Shown here piece by piece: positions 1 to 12,395 of a DNA stretch of 64,000 nucleotides. Numbering within the stretch: the stretch's first letter is position 1; every line of letters begins with the position of its first letter. The position numbers were made by a program, and so were the translations under genes. The stretch is from Octopus sinensis (Eukaryota): assembly GCF_006345805.1 (NCBI RefSeq), contig NC_043002.1:11408001-11472000 (forward strand), read 5' to 3'. The notes under the pieces were generated by a model. That model searched no databases. It saw nothing but the letters and a program-made list of their open reading frames with translations, and was not told the origin of the DNA.

Positions 1-900
1 ATGATTATGGAGATTGGCAAGTATCTACGTTTATGAGACGGCGCAGAGTCTTGTTTGAAGATGTACGTTCTTTCATTGCGTGCTTTGTCTAACCAGAGCT
101 TCAAAACTTTCTCAAACACCTCTGTGCAGTCAGCGGCATTGACTCTTAAGCCTTGTGAAAAAAGTGAGGAGGCATGACATCTCCCTCGTTGCGGACGACT
201 CCCAGAACAATCACAGTTGCTGGGAACTTAATATGCATGACCGTAGGAGCCTCATTCGGGTCTCTTAATAACCATCTGGCGTTCCTTCGCTTTCGCTTTT
301 GGTTTCGGTCAAAGTTTTTCTCGTTGGAAAAAAAAATCAAAGCGTTCGGATCTTTTCGGTTTGAACGGCAGTTTTTAACATAATTTCTAGGTAACTAAAC
401 ACTTTTAAACTTCGTATACTGGTAGAATGTGTTTATAAAACATCTTTTTCTCTTGGCTTTATTGAGAAAATCCTATAGTTTGTAAGATATTTGTTGTTTT
501 TTCTGCAATTTCAACCAATCAGTGACGTCTATTGAGTTAAAAAGCATTCTGTGCCGTATGAATATGTCCCTCGTTTAAGAAACAGATTGGGTTTATTTAC
601 ATTTCTGAAGAAAATAAGATACCCTTCCCCCACCCCTAACCCTAAAACAGATTGAAATGCAATAGCTCGATACTAGGGTCATAATTATGGGTGACAATTT
701 CATATGACACCGCTAGAAAAAACTGCCGTTCAAACCGTAAAGATCCAAGCGCTCTATCCCCTTGGTGTCTTAACCTGTTTAACAAGCGCTTTGTATGGAT
801 CCTGTCACGTCTGACCTAAACTGACCCCTTTGCTTGACATTCCACTTGCAGTGGATATCCTCATACGCAGCTCTTCTGTTGGGGGTATTTCTGATACACT
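1..900 (-). mobile_element. Degraded Tc1/mariner transposase remnant (DD37D/maT-like), interrupted by a MITE
   Basis: Minus-strand translation gives FFSNEKNFD...HIKFPATVIVLGVVRNEGDVMPPHFF...QDSAPSH. Past the MITE it continues upstream as EDIHCKWNVKQRGQF...KRLLNRLRH. Frameshifts and stops are present. Confidence 0.75.
348..746. mobile_element. MITE, ~29-bp TIRs, 8-bp target-site duplication (copy 1)
   Basis: TIR ggatcttttcggtttgaacggcagttttt at 348 and its reverse complement (1 mismatch) ending 746. Flanks aagcgttc (340-347) and aagcgctc (747-754). Confidence 0.85.
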
Positions 901-1069
901 GACCTTCTTTTTTGACCTTACTTTTCAGATAAAAAAATGTCACGACTCATCTTTACTCAGCAAATTAAAAGTTACGCTATAATCGGTCTTTCCGTGTTTT
1001 GTCTTATCTGTTATTTTCATAGACTGTTTGCACAAAATTATGTGTTATGATGGTATTAAGACCTTGTAA

Positions 1070-1297
1070 GGCGGCGAGCTGGCAGAAACGTTAGCACGCC
1101 GGGCGAAATGCGTAGCCGTATTTCGTCTGCCGTTACGTTCTGAGTTCAAATTCCGCCGAGGCTGACTTTGCCTTTCATCCTTTCGGGGATATATTAAGTA
1201 CCAGTTACGCTCTGGGGTCGATGTAATCGACTTAATCCGTTTGTCTGTCCTTGTTTGTCCCCTCTGTGTTTAGCCCCTTGTGGGTAGTAAAGAAATA
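1070..1297 (+). mobile_element. tRNA-headed SINE family B, full length with 16-bp TSD
   Basis: Head ggcggcgagctggcagaaacg (A-box-like) and gagttcaaattcc (B-box-like). Core gcctttcatcctttcggggtcgataaattaagtacc resembles the Meta/MESC SINE domain from memory. TSD ggtattaagaccttgt at 1052-1067 and 1298-1313. Confidence 0.9.
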
Positions 1298-1664
1298 GGT
1301 ATTAAGACCTTGTGCATACGATTTGCATTTAGCTGCTAAAGTTGGATCCCTGTCAGCAGCTTTCAGATACTTTTAAGCTTTGACAACGAAGCATCAGACA
1401 ACTTTCAGGAAGCGAGCTATCCCTGTATCACTATCCCTGTATTACAGCGTCCCTTTTTACTTGCCGAGTCGACTTGATGTCTGAGCTTATTTACCTGAAA
1501 AGTAAGGTAAAACAAAAAAAAAAAAAGTTAAAAGCAAGTTAGAGTTCTTGAAAGAGGTATCCTCAAACTGACGCACCCTACATAGCTTCTGCTGATGAAA
1601 AGAAAAATAACATGGCCGTAGTCTTTTGAATGAAACGAGTAAAAGAGAGAAGAAAAAGATAAAC

Positions 1665-1705
<41 letters not shown>

Positions 1706-1727
1706 TATATATATATATATATATATA

Positions 1728-1913
1728 TTCTTTACTTGTTTCAGTCATTTGACTGCGGCCATACTGGAGCACCACCTTTAGTCGATCAAATCAACCCCGG
1801 GACTTATTCTTTGTAAGCCCAGGACTTATTCTATCGTCTCTTTTTGCTAAATGACGGGGACGTAAACACACCAGCATCGGTTGTCAAGCAATGCTAGGGG
1901 GACAGACACATAA

Positions 1914-1961
<48 letters not shown>

Positions 1962-2123
1962 GACAGGCTTCTTTCAGTTTCCGTCTACCAAATCCACTCA
2001 CAAGGCATTGGTCGGCCCGGGGCTATAGCAGAAGACACTTGCCCAAGATGCCAAGCAGTAAGACTGAACCCGGAACCATGTGGTTGGTTAGGAAGCTACT
2101 TACCACACAGCCACTCCTGCGCC
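1728..2123 (-). mobile_element. tRNA-headed SINE family A, full length
   Basis: Reverse complement of ggcgcaggagtggctgtgtggtaag...gggttcagtc...ccttgggcaagtgtcttct...(TA)n(TG)n...ggtgctccagcatggccgcagtcaaatgactgaaacaagtaaaagag; more than 25 copies or fragments in the window. Confidence 0.9.
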
Positions 2124-2130
2124 TATATAT

Positions 2131-2410
2131 ATAATTATAAGTATAAATTAGGTTACCTACGAGATACCACCATGCTGAAAATAGTAGCCATGATCTGACT
2201 CTAAAACCACCTTAATTGTCCATATATCAACACGGAAAGAAAACAAAGACAAGATGAAACTATCCAGTAATTTTTTAGTTTCATCTTGTCTCTTGTTTTC
2301 TCTCCGTTTTGATATATGGACAATTAAGGTGGTTTTAGAGTCGGATCATGGCTGCTATTTTCAGCATGGTGGTATCTCGTAGATACCCTAATTTATAATT
2401 TAATAATTAT
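2131..2410. repeat. Foldback palindrome, ~132-bp arms, 13-nt spacer
   Basis: 2131-2262 is the near-perfect reverse complement of 2276-2410. Confidence 0.9.
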
Positions 2411-2486
2411 TACCTTGAAAGTTATTTCTTCCATGCTGACCACTTGATAAAATCGTTATTTTATTTTTAAATAACGATCTATCCTG

Positions 2487-2534
<48 letters not shown>

Positions 2535-2585
2535 ATGTATTATATATATATATATATATATAAAACATATTTAAATATATATATG

Positions 2586-2655
<70 letters not shown>

Positions 2656-2767
2656 GGTATGTATATATATATGTATGTATATATATATATATGTATGTAT
2701 ATATATATGTATATATATATATGTATGTAATATATATATATGTATGTATATATATATATATATATAT

Positions 2768-2975
2768 ACTCTTTTACTTGTTTCAGTCATTTGACTGCGG
2801 CCATGCTGGAGCACCGCCTTTAATCGAGCAACTCGACCCCGACTTATTCTTTTGTAAGCCCATACTTATTCTATCGGTCCTCTTTGCCGACCGCTAAGTA
2901 ACGGGACATAAGCACACCAGCATCGGTTGTCAAGCAATGCTAGGGGAACAAATACAGACACACAAACACACACAC
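2768..2975 (-). mobile_element. SINE A 3' half
   Basis: Matches the A consensus from tail to internal (CA)n. Confidence 0.85.
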
Positions 2976-2990
2976 ACCGTATGTCGTTAC

Positions 2991-4191
2991 TGTCCTGTTC
3001 TTTTACCATTTTTTAAAACCATTTTTTACCCCTCTGCGAAAAGATCTCAGAATTTTAATTGATTTGCTTTTCGCAGGAAGAAAGTTTCTTGTCGAGATAC
3101 TCTCTCTCGCTTTTATATCCTTCGAAACCGTAGAGTAGATGAAACCATAGCGACTGAAGAAGTTTTTTTCTTTGTGTTATTGTCCTGTACTCCATTTTTT
3201 TGTTGTTTTTAAAAAAATGTCCAGTTTCTTTGTTTGTGTCTATGTTTTCGTTTCGCTTTGTGTTCGACGTCCCTTTGGTGTCCTGTACTCATATATGCGT
3301 GTATATGTACATGTAGAGGTAGGTACGTACATATATGTTTATATATGCATGTTTATTTCATTTATTAATATATTATATGACTAACCGTCGCACCCCTTAA
3401 GTAAGATTGTTCTGTATATCAAGTTTTGGTCTTGATATTACTCTGACGCGCACTCTTCACCTTTCTGTCCCATCCCTATTCTTTGATTTTCTTTTTCCTC
3501 TACTTACTTGTCTCTTCCTCTCTCTCTAATTCTTCACTCTCTCTCTCCCCTCACAATTCTTCATGTTTCCTCCTCGCAGCCTTCCCCTTCTTCTCTCCCT
3601 TCCTCTTGCTCCTCCTCCCCCTTCCCGTCGCCACCCGCGACGATACTTCTGCTCTGACTGTCTTTCTGGCCTGGCCTTTCAAGTAACGGACGACATTCTT
3701 CCTGCTCCCCTGTCGTTCACAAAAATTCTGCGTTTGCAATACTTTTTTCGTTCGGCGTCAACAGCCCTTCTTATCTTGTTTTTCCCCGTCCTGTCTTTTA
3801 CCATTTATATTTTTGTCCTGTTCTTTTACCATTTTTTTACCATTTTTTACCCCTCTGCGAAAAGATCTCAGAATTTTAATTGATTTGCTTTTCGCAGGAA
3901 GGAAAGTTTCTTGTCGAAGATACGTCTCGCTTTTATCCTTCGAAACGTAGAGTAGATGAAACCATAGCGACTGAAGAAGAGGTTTTTTCTTTGTGTTAAT
4001 TGTCCTGTACTCCATTTTTTTGTTGTTTTTAAAAAAATGTCCAGTTTCTTTGGTTTGTGTCTATGTTTTCGTTTCTCTTTGTGTTCGACGTCCCTTGGTG
4101 TCCTGTACTCATATATGCGTGTATATGTACATGTAGAGGTAGGTACGTACATATATGTTTATATATATGCATATGTTTTATTCATTTATTA

Positions 4192-4195
<4 letters not shown>
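2991..4195 (+). repeat. ~380-bp direct repeats (2991-3372, 3814-4195) around a pyrimidine-rich spacer; unclassified retroelement-like unit
   Basis: The two copies align end to end with an 823-bp offset; the second copy ends at a (TA)n tract. Confidence 0.75.
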
Positions 4196-4227
<32 letters not shown>

Positions 4228-4484
4228 TATATACGACGGGCTTCTTTCAGTTTCCGTCTACCAAATCCACTCACAAGGCTTGGTCGGCCGAGGTATATAT
4301 ATAATATATATAGAGAGAAAGGTCTGTATTTTGCGAGGTTTATCTATTTGGTGCTCAACGACAAAGAGGGCTTCGTCAGCACGAGCGGTTTTTACTCTTA
4401 AAACTGTCAATATGTCTCTTATTGTTTGCCTATTTCCTTGTCTGTCTGTCTCGCTCCCTGTCCTTAAATATCAAAACCTGTTGC

Positions 4485-4529
<45 letters not shown>

Positions 4530-5095
4530 GCTTGTGTATGTGTTCCTGTGTGCATGTGCTTTGTTATTTATGGGTTCATGAATAGATTATAGATAAATAA
4601 ATATGTATATTAACCTCAAAGTTTGAATTCGAACTGGTTGTCGAATGTCATATTTTTGACTCAAAAGAATCATTCTATTGACTCAGTGTTAACGCACTTT
4701 CATTTATATACACCCTAATATAAAAGTTTTAGTCATTCCAGTTCGTATTGAGATCAAGTGTTGAATAACTAATCATTTTGGCTATTTCCGTGCTTAGACT
4801 TGTTTCCTTGTCATTTTATCAAAACTTGATAGCTTATCCTTCTTACACGTTTACTCACAAAAGAATCAAAGTAATTTATATGTACATCTAGTTCATAATT
4901 CACCCAATGCTGAAACCCTGGGTCATACGCTCCCCCCACCACCAAATTATATAAATGAGGCTTACAACACTTAACAACATTCGAACACGGTTTACTTTTG
5001 TACAATATGTCCGGTTCTATTTTGAATACAGTCGGGCGTTATTTCCAAACAAATCAAAAGAAAAACATTCCATCACCTAACGATACCAGACAAGC

Positions 5096-5712
5096 CACTT
5101 ACTTGTACTTGTGACGACATTCACCCTGGGCGGGTTGAGTCGGCTTCTTCTACCACCCTCGAGGCATTGTATTCGCCATTGAGAATTCATGGAAGAAGTT
5201 TCGTGTGAATATGTGGATTTGTCAAGCGGTCTCCAACAATCCAACAAGGCTGCGAGCTGGCAGAAACGTTAGCACGCCGGGCGAAATGCGTAGCCGTATT
5301 TCGTCTGCCGTTACGTTCTGAGTTCAAATTCCGCCGAGGTCGACTTTGCCTTTCATCTTTTCGGGGTCGATAAATTAAGTACCAGTTACGCACAAGGTTG
5401 ATGTAATCGACTTAATCCGTTTGTCTGTCCTTGTTTGTCCCCTCTGTGTTTAGCCCTTGTGGGCAGTAAAGAAATATGTTTGCCGCAGATTGTCCGCAGA
5501 CGCAGGGGCAGAACGACCGAGGAGCCGCCGGTTGCCGAAACAGATACTCCGAGGATTTTCACCAGAGCCCCTTCTGCCGGGTTGTGGCCCTAATACCACT
5601 CGGTGTCAGATCAATCCGCCTTGGGTGGTCCTACCAGGAACCGAAGTTCCCGACGGCATAGCTCTGACACTACCCGTTGCCAGAGTCCCAACCACGGTGA
5701 GGAGGGGATGTA
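5096..5712 (-). mobile_element. Non-autonomous RTE-tailed element (copy 1), interrupted by SINE B
   Basis: Homologous over its length to 38363-38718. The end ctcaacccgcccagggtgaatgtcg(t/c)cacaagtacaagtaag matches the RTE LINE 3' end at 63105-63190. Confidence 0.75.
5248..5476 (+). mobile_element. SINE B
   Basis: Full consensus match, nested in the RTE-tailed element. Confidence 0.9.
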
Positions 5713-6529
5713 AGCAATAACTCCCTACTTGAATGAGCCATGTTGTCACAAGGCTTAAGATGACTCAACAGATTCTGTCAGTTGGTGCTATTGACTTTGG
5801 CATAGCTTGGGCTAATTCTTCGTTGAAACTTATTCCAAGTTCCCTCAAGTTTAATATAGGTTTCAAATTATAGTACAAAGCCAGTAATTTTAGGGGCGGG
5901 GGGTCAATTACATCGACCTCAGTACTCGTCTGGTACTTGTTTTATTGCCCCACCAAATGGAATGTAAGGCAAAGTCGACGTCTGTGGAATTTTGTCTCAG
6001 AACGTGAAGACGGATGAAATGTCGTTAAACAAAACAAGACAAAATAACCCAGAGGCTCACCTGTCTCACCTTGACACACCTTGTCTGAGTTCATCTTGTT
6101 CGCCTTTACTGAGACAAGCACCAAAATACACCAACAACAATTAGAAACTAATCCGGAGATAGACACAAAACGGGCAATGATCTGTAACTCAGATAAACTA
6201 CAACGCTAAAGGCGAAACTATATATAGAACAATTAAGCTTATCAATGCTAATAACTGTCTCTCCGCACTCCGTATCACCAGTAACAGTTTCAGATTACGT
6301 ACCAGCATTGCATCACCAAATAAACACTTTTATAAGATTTTTCTTTAGATAAAAGATCAATCGCCAGAGATAACACAAAGGTCGCAAAAGGGAATACGCA
6401 TCTTTCACCTTGGTCACGATTTTGACCCTTACCTTCAACCAGACACCCAAATTGTGTTAGCGATATCTAAAGTTTGAAAAACATCAGAGCCACACACAAT
6501 TATAAACATACAATTATAAGACTTAAGGC

Positions 6530-7110
6530 CTATTCTTTTACTCGTTCATTCTTTTACTGGTTTCAGTCATTTGACTGTGGCCATGCTGGAGCACTGCCTT
6601 TAGTCGAACGAAAATGACTCCAGGACTTATTCTTTGTAAGCCTAGTACTTATTCTTATTTCTTTATTGCCCACAGTGGGCTAAACATAGAGGGGATAAAC
6701 AAGGACAGACACACAGATTAAGTCGATTACATCGACCCCAGTGCGTAACTGGTACTTACTTAATCGACCCCGAAAGGATGAAAGGCAAAGTCGACCTCAG
6801 CGGAATTTGAACTCAGAACGTAACGGCAGACGAAATACGGCTACGCATTTCGCCCGGCTTGCTAACGTCTCTGCCTAGTACTTATTCTATCGGTCTCTTT
6901 CACTGAACCGCTAATTTACAGGGACGTAAACGCACCAATTTCGGTTGTCAAGCGATGATGGGGTGACAAACTCACAAACACACACTTTATATAACACACA
7001 CACAAACACACGACGGGCTTCTTTCAGTTTCCGTCTACCAAATTCACTCACAAAGTTTTGGTCAGCTCGAGGCTATAGTCGTGGGACTGAACCCGAAAGC
7101 GTGTGGTTGG
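6530..7110 (-). mobile_element. SINE A interrupted by SINE B
   Basis: A sequence resumes after the B insertion; cctagtacttattct is duplicated at 6641-6655 and 6874-6888. Confidence 0.85.
6656..6873 (-). mobile_element. SINE B, slightly 5'-truncated, 15-bp TSD
   Basis: Reverse complement of the B consensus between the duplicated target. Confidence 0.9.
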
Positions 7111-7250
7111 GAAGAAAGCTACTTGCTAACACGGTTGAGTTTCTAGAATCTGGAAAGTTGGAAAACTTATAAGAATTTTGAAGTTCAGCAAACCCCCCAA
7201 AAGACGTGGTATTAAGCAGACCTCTTACCCTTCTAGGCCCAACTATCCTA

Positions 7251-7478
7251 GGCGGCGAACTAGCACAAACGTTAGCACGCCGGGCGAAATGCGTAGCCGT
7301 ATTTCGTCTGCCGCTACGTTCTGGGTTCAAATTCCGCCGAGGTCGACTTTGCCTTTCATCGTTTCGGGGTCGATAAATTAAGTACCAGTTACGCACTGGG
7401 GTCGATGTAATCGACTTAATCCGTTTGTCTGTCCTTGTTTGTCCCCTCTGTGGTTAGCCCCTAGTGGGTAGTAAAGAA
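7251..7478 (+). mobile_element. SINE B
   Basis: Full consensus match. Confidence 0.9.
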
Positions 7479-7699
7479 AAACCCTCAAATATTCTAGAAA
7501 GGATAATCTTCGACCCTACTAATCCGCATATCCCTCTCCGAAATTTCAACACGGATTCGAATCGTCCGCAACAACTATTCTGTTGTCAAATCTGATACAG
7601 AAAATTCGCAGTGGTTTTAGCAACAAAAACATCCCACTCAAAACTATTCTAGCTACAATCGACCCGGTTTTCACCCTCTACTCATAAATAAAACTCAAC

Positions 7700-7858
7700 C
7701 AGGAGTGGCTGTGTGGTAAGTAGCTTGCTAACCAACCACTTGGTTGCGGGTTCAGTCCCACTGCGTGGCATCTTAAGTAAGTGTCTTCTGCTATAGCCCC
7801 GGGCCGACCAATGCCTTGTGAGTGGATTTGGTAGACGGAAACTGAAAGAAGCCTGTCG

Positions 7859-7894
<36 letters not shown>

Positions 7895-8083
7895 ATTGTG
7901 TGTCTGTGTTTGTCCCCTAGCATTGCTGGTGTGTTTACGTCCCCTTAACTTAGCGGTTCGGCAAAAGAGACCGATAGAATAAGTACTGGGCTTACAAAGA
8001 ATAAGTCCCGGGGTCGATTTGCTCGACTAAAGGCGGTGCTCCAGCATGGCCGCAGTCAAATGACTGAAACAAGTAAAAGAGTA
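7700..8083 (+). mobile_element. SINE A
   Basis: Near-full consensus match with internal (TA)n(TG)n. Confidence 0.9.
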
Positions 8084-8377
8084 ACTCCTTAAGGAACATC
8101 CTGTCAGGCCACTAAGTACAACACTTCCAGAACTTGCTTTTTCTCAAATGAAGTACCTCTCTGTCATTCTTTCATTTTCAATCTTTACCGATGCGATCTT
8201 TCACACCTGCACAAACACACAGTTCCGTGCGTAGATGACATCACCTGTAAATCTTCCCACCATTCTCCAGTTATAACTTCGTAACTGTTCCAACCATACA
8301 TAAGTCATCAAGAAGCTTGATGGCTCACGTCGTCGTTATCGCCATCATGGGTTTCTCGATCTGAGATGTTGTCCCAC

Positions 8378-8760
8378 TTATTACCTCCGCTTTAGCGAAG
8401 GCGGAGGTATTGTTTTCAGTCGTGTTTGTTTGTTTATCCGTGGACAAGATATCTCAAGAACCGCTGGGTGGATACGAATGAAACTTTCAGGGATGTCTGG
8501 CCTCGTGGCTGGCATGAACTGATTAGATTTTGAGATGATCCGGTACTGGACAAGGATTCTAAATTATTTTTCCTGTTTTTTTTTTTTTTTTTTTTTTACT
8601 TAATTTTTGAGAGCGGATGGGTTCATTTTTAGTATCCTCGTTTGTGATAGCAGTCGAGTTTATTTCAGATATTCCCATTTTAAAAATCATCTCCGGCTAA
8701 TCTTTGAGAGGACATAGATCTTGCCTTGGCGGGGGTTTGCACTCGCTGAGTGGTCTTGTT
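8378..8760 (+). mobile_element. Non-autonomous Helentron-type element (HINE/DINE-1-like)
   Basis: 5' ttattacctccgc with nearby inverted partner gcggaggt (8401-8408), then a (TTTG)n-like tract. 3' subterminal gcgggggt (8729-8736), hairpin cactc-gct-gagtg (8740-8752), T-rich end. This is the known HINE architecture. Confidence 0.7.
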
Positions 8761-9190
8761 TTAAACTTTGATTTCGTTTCCTCTTCTCGTACCAACTCTA
8801 TGGTGATTGTTAAGATCCAGCTTTGATTGAAAACTTTTAACAATCTCTACACGGGATCGATCTCTTGTGGTTCGTCTTTGACTCGTTTCAATCACTGGAC
8901 TGCGGCCATGCTGGGGCGCCGCCTTGAAGAGGGTTTTCGTCGGACAAGTCGACCCCAGTACTTATTTGTAAATCCTGATACTTATTCTATCAGTCTCGTT
9001 TGCAGAAACACCAAGTTACGGGGACGTAAACAAACCAACACCGAGTGTCATGCGGCGTGGAGTAACGACAAACACTGCCACAAAGGTAGGTGACCGGATG
9101 ACGAAGAGCGTCCCACAAGACATATTTCTTCAGTTTCATGTTTCTGTGAAGCGGTCAAAACTTTATTATACAACAAGTATAATGTAAGTA

Positions 9191-9351
9191 GGCGTAGGAG
9201 TGGCTGTGTGGTAAGTAGCTTGCTTACGAACCGCATGGTTCCGGGTTCAGTCCCACTGACGTGATACCTTGGGCAAGTGTCTTCTACTATAGCCTCAGGC
9301 CGACCAAAGCCTTAGTGGATTTGGTAGACGGAAGCTGAAAGAAGCCCGTCG

Positions 9352-9382
<31 letters not shown>

Positions 9383-9597
9383 ATGTTTGTGCGTCTGTGT
9401 CTGTCCCCCCCAACATCGCTTGACAACCGATGCTGGTGTGTTTACGTCTCCGTAACTTAGCAGTTCGGCAAAAGAGACCGATAGAATAAGTACTGGGATT
9501 ACAAAGAATAAGTCCTGGGATCGATTTGCTCGACTAAAGGCGGTGCCCCAGCATGGCCACAGTCACATGACGGAAACAAGTAAAAGAGAGTAAAGAG
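9191..9597 (+). mobile_element. SINE A
   Basis: Full consensus match. Confidence 0.9.
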
Positions 9598-9779
9598 TAT
9601 CAATACTGAAAAATGTCTGTTTCCACTTCGACGTGGCTGTTCCATATGGGATTACCATTTTTTAACCCCAGGAGGACATCTCCTCCAGCTTTGTTACTAC
9701 TCACATCTCTTATAAAGCTTTTAGAACTAGCTACTCTGCTTGTTGCAAAATCAGCGTCTGAATATCGCTTATCTTTCTC

Positions 9780-10363
9780 TTGGGCTGGTGCATAACCATT
9801 GCGGCTTTTTTCAACAAGTTTTATTCAACAAAAACAATAACAATATTTAACAATTCTATAGTGTCTGGGGGGAGTCATTTTCTTTTTGTGCCTTATTATG
9901 TAACACACTCACCGGCAAAATTTCCACTTTTTCCTTATTTTTATTGTCCTAAAATTTTCGTTGCGTCTTGCAACCTTTTCAATAGTTTTGACTATTGAAA
10001 AGGTTGCAAGACGCAACGAAAATTTTAGGACAATAAAAATAAGGAATAAGTGGAAATTTTACCGGTGAGTGTGTTAAATTATAAGTCACAAAAAGAAAAT
10101 GACTCCCCCCATACACTATAGAATATGCTTCAACACACGAACTCATATAAAGAATCTTGCAAACCAAATCCCCAAACGAAATATTTAATAAAAAGGTTTT
10201 TAAATGACGGTCTGACAAGTCTGTCAAGCAAATGGGAAGCAGTAATTGAAGTAGATGGTGAATATGCTCCGGAATACTCATTTAAAGATGTTTTTGTTAC
10301 ATGTTATTGTTTTTGTTGAATAATATTTGAAAAAAAGCCGCAATGATTACGCACTAAACCAAC
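9780..10363 (+). mobile_element. Mariner deletion derivative with TIRs and an internal foldback
   Basis: TIRs ttgggctggtgcataaccattgcggctttt / aaaagccgcaatgattacgcactaaaccaa. C-terminal transposase remnant DGLTSLSSKWEAVIEVDGEY at ~10207-10270. Internal palindrome 9853-10124. Confidence 0.75.
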
Positions 10364-10649
10364 ATATATTGCGAGCTAGGACGAACGACTGCCATATCTA
10401 GCAGACAGGTGTCCAATACTGACGAGGGTAAATACCCTAAAACCAGCCTGGGCTACTGATCCTGTCAAACCGCAAGAGGGTAGGAGTTCGCTCCCCTGCT
10501 CGCAATATATCGGACACAGGTTTGTCGTTATCCGGCTGGAGGACATGTTTTCCTGGGGTTACAAAAATGGTAGTAACGTAGTGCCGTACAGAACGGTCAC
10601 GTTGAAGTGGTAACAAACAATACTGTTTATTATTGCACATTCCGATCCG

Positions 10650-11060
10650 CAGCGATAAAGAATGCGGGTACAGTGTGACAACCCGAATACTTTGCAGTTT
10701 CTGAATCAGTGTCTATTCTCTTATTATAAGTCCCCAGATTCTGGTGTTTGCATCAGTAAGGTAGACTCAACCAAGGCGGAACAGTTACTCACTCAACGCT
10801 TATAGTTTATGGCATGTGCCTTATTTCAGACGATGTTCTGGGCCCGAGGTGCTTGTTTTCACTTGAAATATGTAGGTTTTCAAGGGCGGATGGGCATCGA
10901 CAACAAGCAGGCCATACTACTCCAGACTGATGATGAGCAATGACTAAAACTGGCTTTGCTGGGTGGAGGCGCTTTTCTTCACTTTGAAAACATAAGGACA
11001 CAGGAAATGTGTCCAGTCCAACAGGAAACGATGTTTCTTAGGGCTAAATAACAGCATTCT
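10650..11060 (-). mobile_element. Possible highly degraded RTE-like LINE remnant
   Basis: Weak, frameshifted resemblance to the RTE post-RT region (WYGHVxRM-like); not firmly readable. Confidence 0.3.
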
Positions 11061-11401
11061 TCATTTTCATGGGACTGTCCCATTAAGTTGACAACATACT
11101 ATCACAGCTATTTCTCGGTTCATGACTTTTGTTTTTGTGTTTGTCTAGGTTGAATGGAAGAGAAAGTACTTTTATAGGATGGTCTTGTTTTATTGGAGTG
11201 TTGTATATATATATATCTGGGTGTGTAGAGTTGACTGTTCAGATATGGCAAACCTTAACTAATATTTACTGAGTTTCCAAGTATTTTATTAACCCGTATC
11301 GTTTTTATATACATGCGGACGTATAAATGATTTAATGGAACATAGTTCAGGAAACAATGGGCGTTATAGTTAAGAATTTTCTGTGATTTATAGTTTAGAA
11401 A

Positions 11402-12395
11402 ATATTGGTTTCAAAGACCAGGAACTTCGGTGTAAGGGTAAGTCGATTACATCGACCCAAGTACTCAACTGGTATCTAGTTTATCGACCTCAAAAGGATG
11501 AAAGGCAACGTCGACCTCGGCCAGATTTGAACTCAGAACGTAGCGACGGGCGAAATACCCATTTCTTTACTACACACAAGGGGCCAAACACAGAGAGGAC
11601 AAACAAGGACAGACAAACGGATTAACTCGATTATATCGACCCCAGTGCGTAACTGGTACTTATTTAATCGACCCCGAAAGTCGACCTCGGCGGAATTTGA
11701 ACTCAGAACGTAACGGCAGACGAAATACCGCTAAGCATTTCGTCCAGTGTGCTATCGACTCTGTTAGCTGGTCGCCTTAATAATAATAATAATAGTCCTT
11801 TTTTTACTAAAAGCACAAGGCTTCAGATTTTGGTTGTGGGATCTGGTCAATTATATGGATCTTAGTGTTTTACTGATACTTAATTTATCGACCTCGAAAG
11901 GATAAAAGGCAAAGTTAACCTCGGCTGAATTTGAACTAAAAAAAACGGACGAAATTCCGCAAAGCCCAGCGTGTTAACGATTCCTATTTCTTTATTGCCC
12001 AAAAGGGGCTAAACATAGAGGGGACAAACAAGGACAACAAACGGATTAAGTCGATTACATCGACCCCACTGCGTAACTGGTACCTAATTTATCGACCCCG
12101 AAAGGATGAAAGGCAAAGTCGAACCTCGGCGGAATTTGAACTCAGAACGTAACGGCAGACGAAATACCTATTTCTTTACTACCCACAAGGGGCTAAACAC
12201 AGAGGGGAAAACAAGGACAGACATAGGTATAAGTCGATTACATCGACCCCAGTGCGTAACTGTACTTAATTTATCGACCCCGAAAGGATGAAAGGCAAAG
12301 TCGACCTCGGCGGAATTTGAACTCAGAACGTAGCGGCAGACGAAATACTGCTAAGCATTTCGCCCGGCGTGCTAACGATTCTGCCAGCTCGCTGT
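11402..12395 (-). mobile_element. Cluster of about five SINE B copies/variants, partly head-to-tail
   Basis: Repeated reverse-complement B cores; junctions gacgaaatac|c(c/t)atttctttact at 11558/9 and 12167/8. Confidence 0.85.

Noticed and set aside
1586-1650. CUGAUGA followed later by GAAAC-GAGUA
   Set aside because: The downstream part is a decayed SINE A tail and the helices do not form.
6040-6500. Possible decayed Penelope ORF N-terminus
   Set aside because: No motif could be read with confidence across the stops.
8090-8370. Possible RTE remnant on the minus strand
   Set aside because: Too degraded to support.
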